From assembly GCA_965153285.1 (NCBI GenBank), contig OZ229117.1: 64,000 bases of DNA. One strand, given 5' to 3'. The notes beneath the pieces are model-generated. The model worked only from the letters and a program-made list of their open reading frames with translations, made no database searches and was not told where the DNA came from. How positions within the stretch are numbered: position 1 is the stretch's first letter; each line of letters begins with the position of its first letter. The translations under genes were made by a program, and so were the position numbers. This DNA comes from Podarcis tiliguerta. Lineage: Eukaryota. Positions 25,311-38,262 of this stretch are shown here, piece after piece.

Positions 25311-25999
25311 GGGATGGGAAACCTTTGGCCCTTCCATCATCCCTGACAATCGCCCACGCTTGCTGAGTCTGATGGGAATTGTTCAGCAACATCTGGAGGT
25401 CCAAAGGTTCCCACCCCATCTTAGATATTGGGGGCCCAATAGAGTCGTGACTATGACTTTCATGAACCATTTCATCAGCTGCATGGCAAGCTGTTATGAG
25501 ATGAGAGGCAGATATGAGAAAAAGCAAAATAAGGGATGCTATTACAAACTCAGGCTGGAAAGCCTAGCAATGCAAGATGTAAGTGTTACTTTGCAGGGCA
25601 CAACTTCAATTCAAGATCCACATTTAAAAAATAAATGAGTTATCTGAGTGAGCTCTGCATTCCTGCATTGCAGGGTTGGACTAGATGACCCTTGGGATAC
25701 TTTTCAACTCTACAAATATATGATCAGGCAAAGTCTTCAAGGGTGCCATTGTGCCTGCAGGTGCCACACTGGTAACCCAAGTCTGTTACTGTTTTCTATA
25801 GCCATCCTTTGGACTCTCTTCAGTCCAAGTCTGATGGTGTCATATGAAGCCTATACATGTATACTCAGAAATAAGTTGAATATGTGGGACTTCCTCAGAG
25901 TTTGTTGCAAAAGGACTGCAGCTTAACACAGAACCCCCTCCAGAAGAGCTGTAATGCGATGGCATCAGCTCTTTTCAAAATTATCCATCTTTAAAAGAC

Positions 26000-26620
26000 T
26001 TGATACACATTACAATTTATGTTGGGAATGTATGTTGATGCAAGATTTTTGGAATTTTGATAGAAATGATACATATTACTGAATAAACTATTGTTTGCTG
26101 TCCAAGATTAATGTTACTGATTTTTTATGAGGCAAATGTAGATAGATATATTGTCAAAATAACTAGTTCTGGATATTATTTTAGCAGCTTGAATAGTAAT
26201 TCAAGCCTCAAATGTTATATTGGATAATTAGTAACACTCATTCTACAATATAGCTACAGTGGAGAAATTTATAAATTATTTGATATTTTGACAGGGATTA
26301 GAATCTCCAGATACTTTTTTATGATTTGGCATTCCTTCATTACATATACAGAAGAAGCATCATTTTCAATACAAGCCTTGCCACAAGCCGGGCAAATCTG
26401 GAACTATACTTGGCAATCAAATAACACTAATATTCTTTCATGTGAAAACAACTTTTATTGTCACTTTTTTCTTGCATGACATGGACTTTATGTAACTGTA
26501 CTTATTCTATGTGCCTATTTATCAATTTGCTTTTAATCTTTTAATTTTTCATCTCTTGCTACTATTGTTTTCTCTCTTATAAAAGTAAATTTTAAAAAAT
26601 TAAAACAAAAAAGTCAATTC
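26000..26620 (+). mobile_element. Degraded AT-rich LINE (L1-like) 3' end
   Basis: AT-rich block ending in an A-rich tail; no clean reading frame. Confidence 0.35.
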
Positions 26621-26819
26621 CTACGACTTTTTTTATTTAAAAAAAAGCATTTCCGGCGGACACCTACAATTTCCTAGTGAACACCCCGGTTCTAAACTTT
26701 CACACTAGCGTCCGACGCATGTCTACTCTAAAGTAAACACAACAGAGTTCAACAGAACTTACATCCTAGGTAACCATGCATAGTACTACAAGCAAAAGAA
26801 AAAGAAAAAAGAGAAAAGA

Positions 26820-27720
26820 AAAATTAGTCGCGAAGCTCCCCCAGGCGGCTTTCATGGAGAAGGCGGGTTTCTGCCCCGAAGATTTCCTCCTCCTCCCGCT
26901 GGCCTAGGAAGGAGAGCCCATTTCCCTCTTTCGCAAACTTCAACTCCCAGCATCCCCTTCTGCCCCTGGTACGCCGGCCCCTCCCCCTCCCCTTTACGTT
27001 ACTCTAAGTGCGCAGATTGGCCCGAGCCTCCAACCAGTCAGCGGCCTCCCCTTTGGCCATTCCGGCCGTCACTCCCAGCACAGCCAATTGGACGTTTAAC
27101 GTCAAGGGAGGACGCGCTATTCCCGAAGCGCCCTTACGCCGCTCGCGCCGCGGAGGGGCCGGCGCGGGGATAGGGGTTGGTGGCGCAGTTAGCGTCGCGC
27201 AGGCGCTCTGCGCTCCGAGTCGGAGAAAGGGGAGGGGGGCGGTGGGAGAAGGAGGTGGCGTTAGCTGGAGCCCCAGACAGCTGGAGGGGATAAACAGAGG
27301 AGGGGGCCGCGGAGGGCTCGGGTCCCAGCCAGGCCGGGGCTGCGAAGCCTGGCGACCGGCTCAGGCTGCCACCCAGCCACTCACCTCCCGGAGGGGCCCC
27401 TGCCCTGGCTCGGGCTTCGGGCCGCCCCCCTGCATGGAAGTTCAGGGGCTTCGTCCACTGGCTGCTGCGGCTGCTGAGCCTGCCCTGAGGAGGCCTGACA
27501 GGTAACTCCCGTGACCCCCCTTCCTTCCCTCCTTCCCCGTGAGAGATATCGGCTCCCCCCTCCCCACTTCTTTTTCTCCAAAGGTAGATGCCCCCCTCCA
27601 AGTGACACACGATCCGCCCCCCTGTACTTCCTTGATTCCGTAATAACCTATTGCCCCATAGTCTGTTTCAACCCCCCCCCCACGTTTCCTCCCCCCTCCC
27701 CACGTGAATTTACAGGGGCA
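26820..27720 (+). promoter_or_regulatory. WDTC1: CpG island: WDTC1 promoter
   Basis: CpG-dense, with CCAAT/ATTGG motifs near 27015 and 27085 and GC boxes; about 5 kb upstream of the first coding exon. Confidence 0.85.
27200..27501 (+). other. WDTC1: WDTC1 non-coding exon 1 (5' end approximate)
   Basis: Donor CAG|GTAACT at 27501/27502 near the 3' edge of the CpG island. Confidence 0.7.
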
Positions 27721-30700
27721 CAAAATGGACCGCAGCATTTTGGGTTTCGAATAAGCATGTAGCTCTTCTGGCTGCTTTTGCAACCTCCCACTGTGTTCAA
27801 GGGAAGTTGGTGCACAGCTCACTCCAGGTTTCTTTCCCCCCACCTCCTTGAGGTCTCTCTCTCTCTCTCTCTCTTCCTAGCAAATTCCAGGGTTAGTCTT
27901 TCACACAGCAACGAACTCCCTCTTCCCCTTCGTAAAGAGATGGTGTGCTTTGTGGCCCCAGCAGATTCACTGTGGCGGAAGCTTTTAAGGAAGGTAGGAA
28001 GTTGCCTTCATGCAGAGTCCATCTAGCTCAGTATTCTCTATGCTGACTGGCAGCGGCTCTCCAGGGTTTCGAATGGGTCTTTTCTGGCCCTCTGTGGAGA
28101 TGCTGCATATTGTGAGCTGAGGACCTTCAAGGAACATAGGAAGCTGCATTGGACCGAATCAGTCCAATGATCCATCTAGCTCAGAAGTGTCCACCCCTTA
28201 TCAGCAGCAGCTCGCCAGGATTTCAGTTAGGGTTTTCTTCCAGCCCTACCTAGAGATGTTGGGGGTTCTCCAGGCAAAGGATGTGCTCTGCCAGAGACCT
28301 TTCACTCAAATTTTAATAGAGTAAGGCCCACTTTGTTAGCAGAATTAAAAGCCAAGTTCATTAAAGCTTCTGCCACAATATGAGGTATCGCAAGACTTTA
28401 ATAGGTAATGTTGAGGCAAACATCTCAGATCAGTTAGCATAAAACAACTGTCCCTACCTTGACCATAGAATAGTTATTTCCTCTTGCTGTCCTTGGAACA
28501 CATTATTTTAATACTGTGCCAGCTGTAAAAGTGATAAAGGTCTGGCAATATTTGTATGTGTTCAACATTGCGATTGTGAGCAGGAAGGAGGTTTGGAAAA
28601 AGAGCAATCTGTGTGCTCTGTGTGGACACAGACACACAAACACCAGCCCTCCTCTCATTGCTAGTATTGCCTGTCTTTGTATCTTATGTTTACTGCCTTG
28701 CTACTGTTTCTTTCCTGTCTTGCCTCTTCTGTCAGAAAATTGTCCTTCCTAAATTTGATAAGTAAGTTCTTAAATTCTACAGTAGTTTTAATATTATTCA
28801 TATTTGTAACCCCAACAGTTGTGAACTCTTGGTTGTTCCCACCCCACTTTTTTATGCATGGGGATGTGAGGTAGAAGTGAATGTTGTGCTGAGGGCCTCC
28901 TTGCATTTTCTTAGCTGTGGAGGAAATGTGTGCTAACTGCTAACTTCTGACTTCCCAAATACCTTTCCTTGATGCCCATTTCCCTGCTGCCTGGCCAATG
29001 ATATCTTGCACCCTGTATCCCCTTCCTAAAGCATGCTCCTTAACTACCATTTTAGTGCATAATTTTAAACTGGGTTGGTTTTTGTTGTCAATTGGTATCC
29101 AAAGTAGGTTTATTTCGCTCATGTAATTCTGGGCTTTTGAAAATCTCTGTGCCCTGCTTTCTGCTGTGAGTGTGGGCATTTGTACAAAGCAGAGTGCAGT
29201 ATTTCTTTTTATTGACATGCTTCCATGTAGACCTCATGGGGGGAATTAAACCTGTGCTTGCTTTTTATTGTAATGGCAAACATTAAAAAATAGGTATGAA
29301 ATCATGTCACACATGTGCCTCTGACAGCATCAGAAAAGAGGTAGAACAAGCTCAAACATTAACCTGTAAAGCCAATCTAGATTAAATGTTTTATGTGTTA
29401 AATGAGTATATCTAGCAAGTGTGAGGAGTAATGGCCAACCTGTGCTAAAGGAAGTTGGGAAACATCATTTGGCTTAATACTGGCTGACAGCCTATATGGG
29501 AATGTGTTCAACTACTGGTGGATGAATCGCATGACTGAATATGAAGATGGAAAAGTGCTTATAGGCATCATCTTGCTGTGAATGCAGATCTTCAGCATGC
29601 CTGTGATAAGTTACATTAGAAGATCCATAGAGCTCACTACAGCACAAGTATAGTTGCCAATCGTAGTTGGCTTGGTGGTATGACTGACAGATTTATTTTA
29701 CTATTTAGAGTACGTTTATTCCATCTTTTGGGGTCAAAAACTCTTCAAAGGTAGTTCATGTTTAGAAGCATAACAGTGATTTAAAACATAAAGGGTAGCC
29801 ATCTAACATGTTACATAAAGAAAATAGTGCCAGTTAAATTGTGAATTGGCAGCCTTGTTTAGTTAAAAATAGATAGAAATTATCAAGGCCTTAAGAATAA
29901 TTTAAAAACAACCAGAGAAGGAGCCAATCATACATCCATTGGAAGGAATTCCCCAGTGACAGGGCCACTACTGAAAAGTCTCTGTATCTTGTGACAACCA
30001 ACCAAATTGATGTGAAGAGTGGGCCTACAAGCAGTTATCACCACACTGCAGACAATTGAGGAGGATTAGTGACAGTATAAGTGGAGGAACAGGACTGTAG
30101 ACACAGCAATTGCATTCTGTCCTACTTGCAGCCTGATTCCATGCAGGCTATTCAGGCGTACCGGTAAATTCTGCTCTATTCAGTGAGATGTTCTCCCAAG
30201 TCAGTGTGTGTAGGATTGTAGCCTTTTAAAGGGACAGGCAGCATTTTAATGTGGCAGTGTAGCAATCCTAGTCAGGCATCCAGTTTCCCATGCCACATGC
30301 TCAGTCTGTTTCAGGAAACACATCTGCGTGGATTGAGAAGAAAGCCTCCAAAAGTGGGTGGGTGAGTTGACCCTTTACTTCCCCTTCTCATGTAATTGGA
30401 GCACTGTGTCTTGGCCAACTATCTTTCTTCTCCCTTTCAAAAGTGAGAGCTCCTTTGGGCTATTAGGCTTCTTTTGAGTGGTTAGCATAGTTTCTTGCTG
30501 CAGAGGCTGACAGCCAGACATAATTATATCAGTATGGGACAGAATGGCTGTCAAGTTCTGTCCCCTGCCACCAAGCCTGCCTGCCATGTGTTTCTCTGAG
30601 GCTGGACTCCATTGAGCACGGATTGCAATGCTGGCTGAATCCCATCCTGAAGAGGCATCCAAGTCTTCAACTGTTCCTCTGTGAAGAGATGGTGTTCTTC

Positions 30701-31079
30701 ATTCCTTTCTACTATTAAACAAGCCCCTTGGGGTTTCTGTGCATGATCAGTTATCTTGAGTGAGCACTGCAGCTTGTTTGTTTGCATGCATGATGCATGG
30801 CACAGCCAAAGCTCAAGCGCACTTTTAAAAAAATGAGGAAAAGCCTATCTTGATATAGGCTGTTTTTCCTTGCTTCAGTGGTCGGTTGCATTGCTCACAT
30901 TCCTTCTTACAGTTTTGCCTCACGCTAACAGATTATAGGTAGTGGAATTGAGTGAGGATCACAATTCACAGCAAGTATGTAGCTAGCTGGTCAAGATAAG
31001 TGATGACTAATACGCAGGGATATATATAAAGTTAGTGGGGTGGGGGAACAAAATTTATTGAATTAGAAATTTTATCTTT

Positions 31080-32210
31080 ATTAAATTTATATCTGGCTCT
31101 TCCCAAAGGAACCCAGCGCAGCAAACACATCAGTGATAATGCAATATGATTAAAAATGAACATTTAAGCATGTTAAAAGATATAAAATCAATCAAACATT
31201 TATAAACAATTACAGTGGTACCTCGGGTTACAGACACTTCAGGTTATAGACGTTTCAGGTTACAGACTCCGCTACCCCAGAAATAGTACCTTGGGTTAAG
31301 AACTTTGCTTCAGGATGAGAACAGAAATCGCGGTGGCGGCAGCAGCAGGAGGCCCCATTAGCTAAAGTGGTGCTTCAGGTTAAGAACACACCTCCAGAAC
31401 GAATTAAGTTCTTAACCCGAGGTACCACTGTAAACATCTAGAAACAGTTTAAAGCAATCCTTATCCTCTTGGCTAATAATTTCAAGGTTGCCAGGAATGG
31501 TTTCTTTGAGCTATCAAATGCCTGGGTAAACAGGAATGCTTTTAAATTTCCTCCTTAAACTAAGCAGTGAGGGAGGCAGACCTCACCAGACCTCCCATAA
31601 ATGGGTTTATGCCACGCAGGTAGCATGCAGTAGTGACACCACCAACAGGGGTTGGTGGTGCCAATCATAGGGCCTGAGAGTGTTAATCCAAAAATCTCCA
31701 AGCCTTCCACACAAAATGCTAAAGTAATTATCAGTAATATACAGATAAAACCAGGAGGATTTAAAAACCATTTTACGCACCTGACTTATGCCCAGGTAGG
31801 TTTTCTGTACTAAAAAAAAAATTTAAAAAATTGGTCGGTATCTAGAACAGCATGATTAAGGTGCCTGTCTATTATTAATAGTTGGGGTGTTCCAAAGCGT
31901 AGGTGCTGTCATGCTGAAAGATCGACTCATGGATGTGGAGCAAATGTTATATAGCACTTATGAAATTTACACAGATAGAAGTGACACATATGGGGCAAGG
32001 CAATCCCTCACGTCAACTGGCCTCAAGCTGTTATGGGCCTTATATACTAATAGTAAAACCTTGAACTGGGTGCAGTAGCAAATTGGTAGCCAGTGCAGAT
32101 CTTTGAGCAGAGGTGTAAAATGCTAACAGGATCCCACTCGGTGGACCAACCACAAGGGAAGCCTCACATAGAGTTCATTGCAGTAATCCAGTCTTGAAGT
32201 TTCAGTTGCC
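31080..32210 (-). mobile_element. Fragmented L2 LINE interrupted by a MITE
   Basis: L2 tail and ORF2-like segments (e.g. accttgaactgggtgcagtagcaaattggtagccagtgcag, matching the 22.4 kb copy). Confidence 0.6.
31213..31430. mobile_element. Tigger-like MITE, family B
   Basis: TIR CAGTGGTACCTCGGGTTA; TA TSD; sister copy at 56547-56763. Confidence 0.9.
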
Positions 32211-32908
32211 TGGACTACCTCAGCTGTCGCAACTATTGTAAACCTCAAGGTTCATAGTGGCATGCCAGTGGATGCAGGTTGCTGGGGAGCAAGAGCAGAA
32301 AGGGGATGTTGCCTTACTGCCCTGCTTCACTAGCTTCCTGAGGCACCTGATTGGTCACTGTGGAGGAGCAGGTTGCTTGAACTAGATGGCCTTTGGCTGG
32401 ATCCAGCAGGGCTCTTCTTATCTCCAAATGTGAGTGATGGATTCAGGCTGCTGATGGGGGAGAGGGGAGATCATAGTGGTAGGGCTAAGGGGAGAGGTGG
32501 TGGGAACTAATGACCTTGCTTGAATGGGAGAAGGTGGTGTAGGACCTGAGCCACAAGGCGTTGTGATAGCTGTGTGTGTAGATGGCTTTAAAATGGGGTT
32601 AGGAAAGGCAGCAATATGGAGGACATGTTATCAATGACTACTAGCCCTAATAGCTAAATGGAATTTTCAGATTCAGGGTCGTCTTGCAAATGCCATTCAC
32701 TGAGGGCGGTGAGTCAAAGCAGGAGAGGACCGTAGCCATCATATCATGATTTTCTGTATAAATAATAAAAAAATCTTCTCTTCCCCACCCCCCTTATTTG
32801 ACCACAGGTAATTTCAATGCCTTCTGTATGGACACGAACTCTACTGGAATGCTCGGATGTACACCAACACCTCCACTAGCTTGCTTTCGTCAGCCCTATT
32901 GTGAGAAG

Positions 32909-32956
32909 ATGGCAAAAGCAAACATTACTAGAGACCTCATCCACAGGCAGCTCAAG
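32909..32956 (+). CDS. WDTC1: WDTC1 exon 2, coding part MAKANITRDLIHRQLK (exon probably starts at 32808)
   Basis: Strong Kozak aagATGg; matches the WDTC1 N-terminus; donor AAG|GTACCT. Confidence 0.93.
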
Positions 32957-33619
32957 GTACCTCTTGCGCTAAAGGGAGGGAGGAAGATAATGAACTTGAA
33001 AGGCAGTTGGAGTAGTTTGGTGTGGTCTCAGAGAACATACTTTTAATGTTTTAAGCTCAGATCAGATGTCATGGCCAAACCATGGTTTGGCTGTCAGTGG
33101 TGCTGGCTCTGGGTTCTTTTGAGGGGGGTAGAAGATGGGCAAAATTCCCTCTGAAGGCTTTCCTTGCTGAGTGGCTGTAGCACCTCTGCCCTGCCACTGC
33201 CCAGTCACTTGCCCTCACCCTCTGGACACAGAGAGAGTGTGTGTTTGTGCTCTGTCTTTATCACTCTCATTGCTGCTAGCCCACTTGGAGAAGGCAATGA
33301 ACAGGTATATAAGTATTTTACTTCATAGCTCAACTGTCATCTGTACAGATAAGCAGGTGGAATACAAAACATAAATAAAACAACCAGATGCACAACAATA
33401 AAATACAATTTGAAACAGATAAAGGCAACCAAAAACAACCATTCACTTAAAATGTCTCGGGAAAATAGCCTGACATCAGAATGATGACAGTTGTACTTGT
33501 GAGAAGAGGGAATTCTGCAATTAGGGCACCACTGCAGAAGGCTCATTTATTTAATTTATTTTGCATTATTGTATGTTGATTTTTGTCAAATATGCGCAAG
33601 GTGGCTTACATCAAAACAA

Positions 33620-34125
33620 ATATTTATTTATTAAAATTTATATACTGATTGGTTGCAAGACAGACAAACTCTCAAACCTCTTATATTTGTAGGACTTACA
33701 AAAGGAGTCAAAGTGCAATTAAAAATGATAACAAGCAATATTAAATGCAAACAGACTAGAAGCTGCTGGGTGGGGGAGACACTTGAAATTAAACTAAACA
33801 TGGCGTCTGAAAGCTTGCGGAGAACAAAGAAGTCTTCACTATGTGCCAGAATCCCATCAGTGCCATGGCCACCCATGCGCCTCACATTGTTAAATATGGA
33901 GCATCCCCCAGTTGTGAAACAAGGAGAAGAAACTCCTCAGAAGATCTCAAAGCAACAGCAAGGAGAAGAAGCAAGGGGCTTTCCATCATTCCACAGCTCC
34001 GCTGCTGCATTTGAAAAACTCCTCTCCTTCACAGCCACCCTCCATACCCTGGATTGTGGGGGCACTTGGAAAAGGGCCTCCATGGATTATTGTAATGCTG
34101 TGCCTTGTGTTGGAACGGTATAGAG
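33620..34125 (-). mobile_element. Degraded L2 LINE fragment
   Basis: L2-like tail and 'cagccaccctccatacc...gggcacttggaaaagggcctc' segment. Confidence 0.55.
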
Positions 34126-34192
34126 TTAGATTTAAGAGCTCACGTATTGATTCTTGACGTAGTAAGGCATGATATCCATTTGCTCTTTATAG

Positions 34193-34276
34193 GAGAAGGG
34201 TGCCCTCAGCTTTGAACGACACTATCATGTCACTGACCCCTTCATCCAGCGCCTGGGCTTGGAGGCAGAGCTGCAG
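34193..34276 (+). CDS. WDTC1: WDTC1 exon 3 (EKGALSFERHYHVTDPFIQRLGLEAELQ)
   Basis: tttatag| ... |gtaagt; 84 nt, phase 0-0. Confidence 0.96.
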
Positions 34277-35042
34277 GTAAGTTGCAAGTGCTGGAGGAAC
34301 TGTAGTACAGCTCCTCCCCTTACAATGACAGCTGCTGAATGCTAACCAAAATCCAGTGTTCCCCTCAAGGATTGGTGTGCCCCTTCTGACACATTTTACA
34401 TTTATTTAACAATTTGTGTTGGCAAAGAACCACCTTCAAGTGCCACCGTTTTTAATCTCTTTCAGGGATGGGGAATCTGTTGTCCTCCAGGTGTTGTTGG
34501 GACTCCAGCTGCTGCCATCCCTGACCATTGCTCTTGCTGTCTGGGATGATGGGAGCTGGAGCTCAAGAATGCTTGGAGAGGTTGCCCATCCTTGGTCTAC
34601 TTGGATTTCCCCCTTCCAAGAGCTAGGTCTTTGCCTAAAAGAATTGAGCACCTACTTATGTGTTTGTGATATGCAAATCTCAGCTAGATCTAAAGCGTCA
34701 GTATCCTGTGAGTATCAGCCAAGCGGTCTAATCCTATGTAAGGTTACCTAGTTGTAAGGCTCGGTTCATTAGAAAGTGACATTATGAACCTACTTCCCTC
34801 AAATGTCCATGATTCATGGCTATTTTTTTAAGGTAAAAAGTTTCATGAAGTACAGTATGTGCAAGCAAGCACATTATGAGTAGTCAAGGGAGTGACATCC
34901 AAAAGAGGTTCTGAGAACTTAAAACTACAAGGGGAATTGGACATGTCCAAATAGTGTTATATTTTATTTTATCCCCGTCTTAGAATCCTGTTAAATCTAA
35001 AATTTGTATAACTCTTTGCATCACCTTGTATAACTCTTCCAG

Positions 35043-35089
35043 GGTCATACTGGCTGTGTCAACTGCCTTGAATGGAATGAAAAGGGAAA
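35043..35089 (+). CDS. WDTC1: WDTC1 exon 4 (GHTGCVNCLEWNEKG), start of WD40 repeats
   Basis: ttccag| ... |gtaagt; 47 nt. Confidence 0.96.
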
Positions 35090-36232
35090 GTAAGTATGTC
35101 TTAAAATTTAAAGGATGACTGTAGCATGTATCCAGTGAAGGGAACTCTGTAAAACGTGATGAGCAACTGAGTTTACGATGGGGCCGCTTTCCATTTTGCT
35201 CTCTTGCTTAGCCAAATGGTGCCTTTGTTATTGTCTTCCCACTTCCAGCAGCAATTTTTCATTCGTTTTTAAAGTGCAGATTAAGCACATTCATGCTGTG
35301 GCTAGCAGCTGTCAAATTGAGAAGCCATTGCCTTTGTGCCCTGCTTGTGAGCTTCTGAAGACATTTGGTTGGCTGCTATTTGAAATTAAATGTTGAACTG
35401 GATGAGACCTTGGCTTAATCCAGCAAGACAAATTTTACTATTTTATTTCATGCAATACAATGTCGTGACTTTCAGAAAGGATTAAATTGGGAGTGGAGAA
35501 TCTGTAGATCTCCAGAACTACTTTCAGATTTTTTTTTACAATCAAGCTGTGTATAAAATTTATGATATAAAAAAATAAGATGAAATAAGTCACATACATT
35601 CCCAACTCCTATCAGCCCCAGCCAGGATGGCCAAAGGTTGAGGAGGATGGGAATGGCAGTCCAACAACATCTGGAGATCCGCATGTTCTTCATGCCTGGA
35701 TTAAATGCTGGGAGATGGGAGTTATGTTAACCATAACATACTGTAAGCCATATAAAGGCAGGCTGCACAGCACAACCTGGAGACTTGCTGGAATAGAACC
35801 TGTGGACCATGTTTGACATGAGAGGCCAGAAGTACTTTCTTACCTGTAAGTCACGTCCTTGTATTGCAGGGAAAGTACAGTAGGGAAGAATAGACAACTC
35901 CATTAAATGTCTATGGAAAGCTTATCTGGCCAAGGGAACAGTTTAAATCAAAAGGCATTAGTTGGAGGTATGGGGCACTTTCCACAAATTGTCAGCTGAT
36001 GATTTGCCATTATCTTGTCCGGTTTCTGTCAATTATCATGCTGATAGTGGAGACATTTGCTTCTCCTTCTAATTCCTTGCTGTACTCCACAAACCTCCAT
36101 AGATTCTAGAGTGTCCCAGGTTGCACTTGCACCTGAGGTCTTCCTGCAAATGAATGTGGAACAATATGGAAGCTCAGAGTTGTTTTCATGGGCAACAAAG
36201 CTCATAACGCTTTGTCTCCTTTGACTTCTCAG

Positions 36233-36344
36233 TTTGCTGGCCTCTGGCTCTGATGACCAGCACACGATAGTGTGGGACCCGCTGCACCATAAGAAGCTCC
36301 TCTCCATGCATACAGGACATACAGCAAACATATTCTCAGTCAAG
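36233..36344 (+). CDS. WDTC1: WDTC1 exon 5 (LLASGSDDQHTIVWD...GHTANIFSVK)
   Basis: ttctcag| ... |gtgagt; 112 nt; WD40 motif. Confidence 0.97.
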
Positions 36345-38042
36345 GTGAGTGGGTTTTGGGCAAAGTGGTGAAAGGGTGAGCAGAGGGGAAATGGTCTCTT
36401 TAAGCAGTATGCATTTACGAATGGGTCATGCAACAACATGTCACAGTGAGGAGTGTTGCTGTTCAGGATTCAGGCCATTCCATTCTATTGTCCCCTGCAC
36501 TCAACATTTATGCAACGTTTCTTGCCTACATTTATTCCTCAGTAGGCCAATTTTAGGGTCACCATGCCTCCCTTTAAGGGTTTTGTTGTTGTTTTTAGTT
36601 TTTGCTCTTCTGCAAACCTTGTGATTCCTCTAAGCCTTCAGTGGGGAGTCTTTAGCCATCCAGATGTTGCTAAACTGCAGCTCCCATCAGCCCCAGCAAG
36701 CAAGGCTCAAAACCTCGTGTACTCGTCTGGCTACACAAGCAACTACACTCGCAGTCTGAATATTTGAAACAGAGGAGAACTTGTAAATCTTCAGCATTGG
36801 GAAGCAGACTGGACACTGCTGTGACAAATCTGTTGTGCAGTGTCTCAGACCCAGGGACAGCCCCAGGCATTTTGAGGCGAATAATTCAAATGATGCCTGA
36901 CTGATGGTGCTGTTCCACAACTGTTGCCCATTTCAATAGCACTTGTCCCAGAGAACCTCCCAGTTGGTTGTGCCCTGTGGGTCAAATAATCTGTATTCCA
37001 CTCTGCTGCCATTAATGGCACCCCAAATCCTCATGGTAGGGCTATCTCTGCTTCAATTATTTTTACATGGCCCAGACTTGGACTGTTTTTGGATGGTCAG
37101 TGTTGTTATTTCCTCATTCCCCAGTCAGTATACCAGTGGTGTGAAATAGCTGTCATCAGCACAAACTTCTGGCATGCCTATTATGGCCTGCATGGGTTTT
37201 CTCTCGTAGCTCATTGCATGCGCACTAGCTGCTGTGTTTATGGTGACAGACTCATGTGACTGGTTCATCCAGTCCACATTCAGCTGAGGCTAAAGAGGGA
37301 AAAGGTGGCTGCACAGATTGAAAAGTGAAGCTTGCAGTTGTGTGACTCCCTTGCTGACATCAGAATGAATGTACAGACACCAGCTCCACACAGATAATGG
37401 TAGAGGCAAGCACAAGCCCCAAGTTGTGATGTTTTTCCTGTATATGCTGAATGATGTGTGGTAGCTACAAATCTCTGGGTGAATGAGTGAATTGGGCAAT
37501 GTGTTGTGCATACTTATCACACTTCTCTGGGATGCTCCAGTTCAGCATAAAGCAGGATGTCATGTGCTGTGCTGTCTGAATAGGTGGATTTCCTTTGTCG
37601 CCATTTTTATCTCTCAGTCTTCCATTTCTGTTCTTTTATATTTGAGCCTAAGGCCACTTATAAAATTATTATAAAATTATCCCTCAGAGGGGCAGACAAA
37701 ATAACCCACAGTTTGACCAAAAGTAACAATCATTTATTTCATAAAATTTATATACTGCTTGATTGTTTTTTGAAAAAACCACCACTACAAGACCCCTGAA
37801 AACAATTTGCAAAAAGAATAAAATATATGTGGTGGTTCCAGTCAACATCAGTCCAGTCCTTATTGTAAGCAACTAGTGGGTCCTGCATGGTGATGTACTT
37901 ACTCATACGCATTTCTCAAATATATAGTGGGTGCTAGATTAGCATTGTAGCAGCTCAACACATACAGATATGTGGTTCTTCCTTGCTGGATCAGGGTGTA
38001 TCTCTAAGGCTGGACTGGGGAAGTTGTGGTCCTCTGGATGTT

Positions 38043-38262
38043 AAGAACATAAGAAAAGCTTGCTGGATCAGGCCAATGGCTCATCTTATCCAGCATCTGA
38101 TTCTCACAGCTTTCACCCAGATGCCTGTGGGATCTGAGAACAAGAGCACCCCCGCCCCCCAATTTCCAGCAGCTGCTATTCAGAAGCATTGCTGCCTCAG
38201 ACTGTGGAGGCAGAGTGTAGCCTCCATCTCTTCTAGCAACCATTGACAGACTTATCCACCTT
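38043..38262 (-). mobile_element. CR1-type 3' end or CR1-tailed element
   Basis: aagaacataagaaaagcttgctggatcaggccaatgg... terminus; related fragments near 12350 and 32340. Confidence 0.6.

Noticed and set aside
27008-27843. 133-165 aa ORFs at the WDTC1 CpG island
   Set aside because: Same GC-content artefact; only the short uORF from 27434 is retained as a finding.
35004-35038. 13-bp direct repeat TTGTATAACTCTT just before WDTC1 exon 4
   Set aside because: The upstream copy is not followed by AG, so no alternative acceptor results; probably a slippage duplication.
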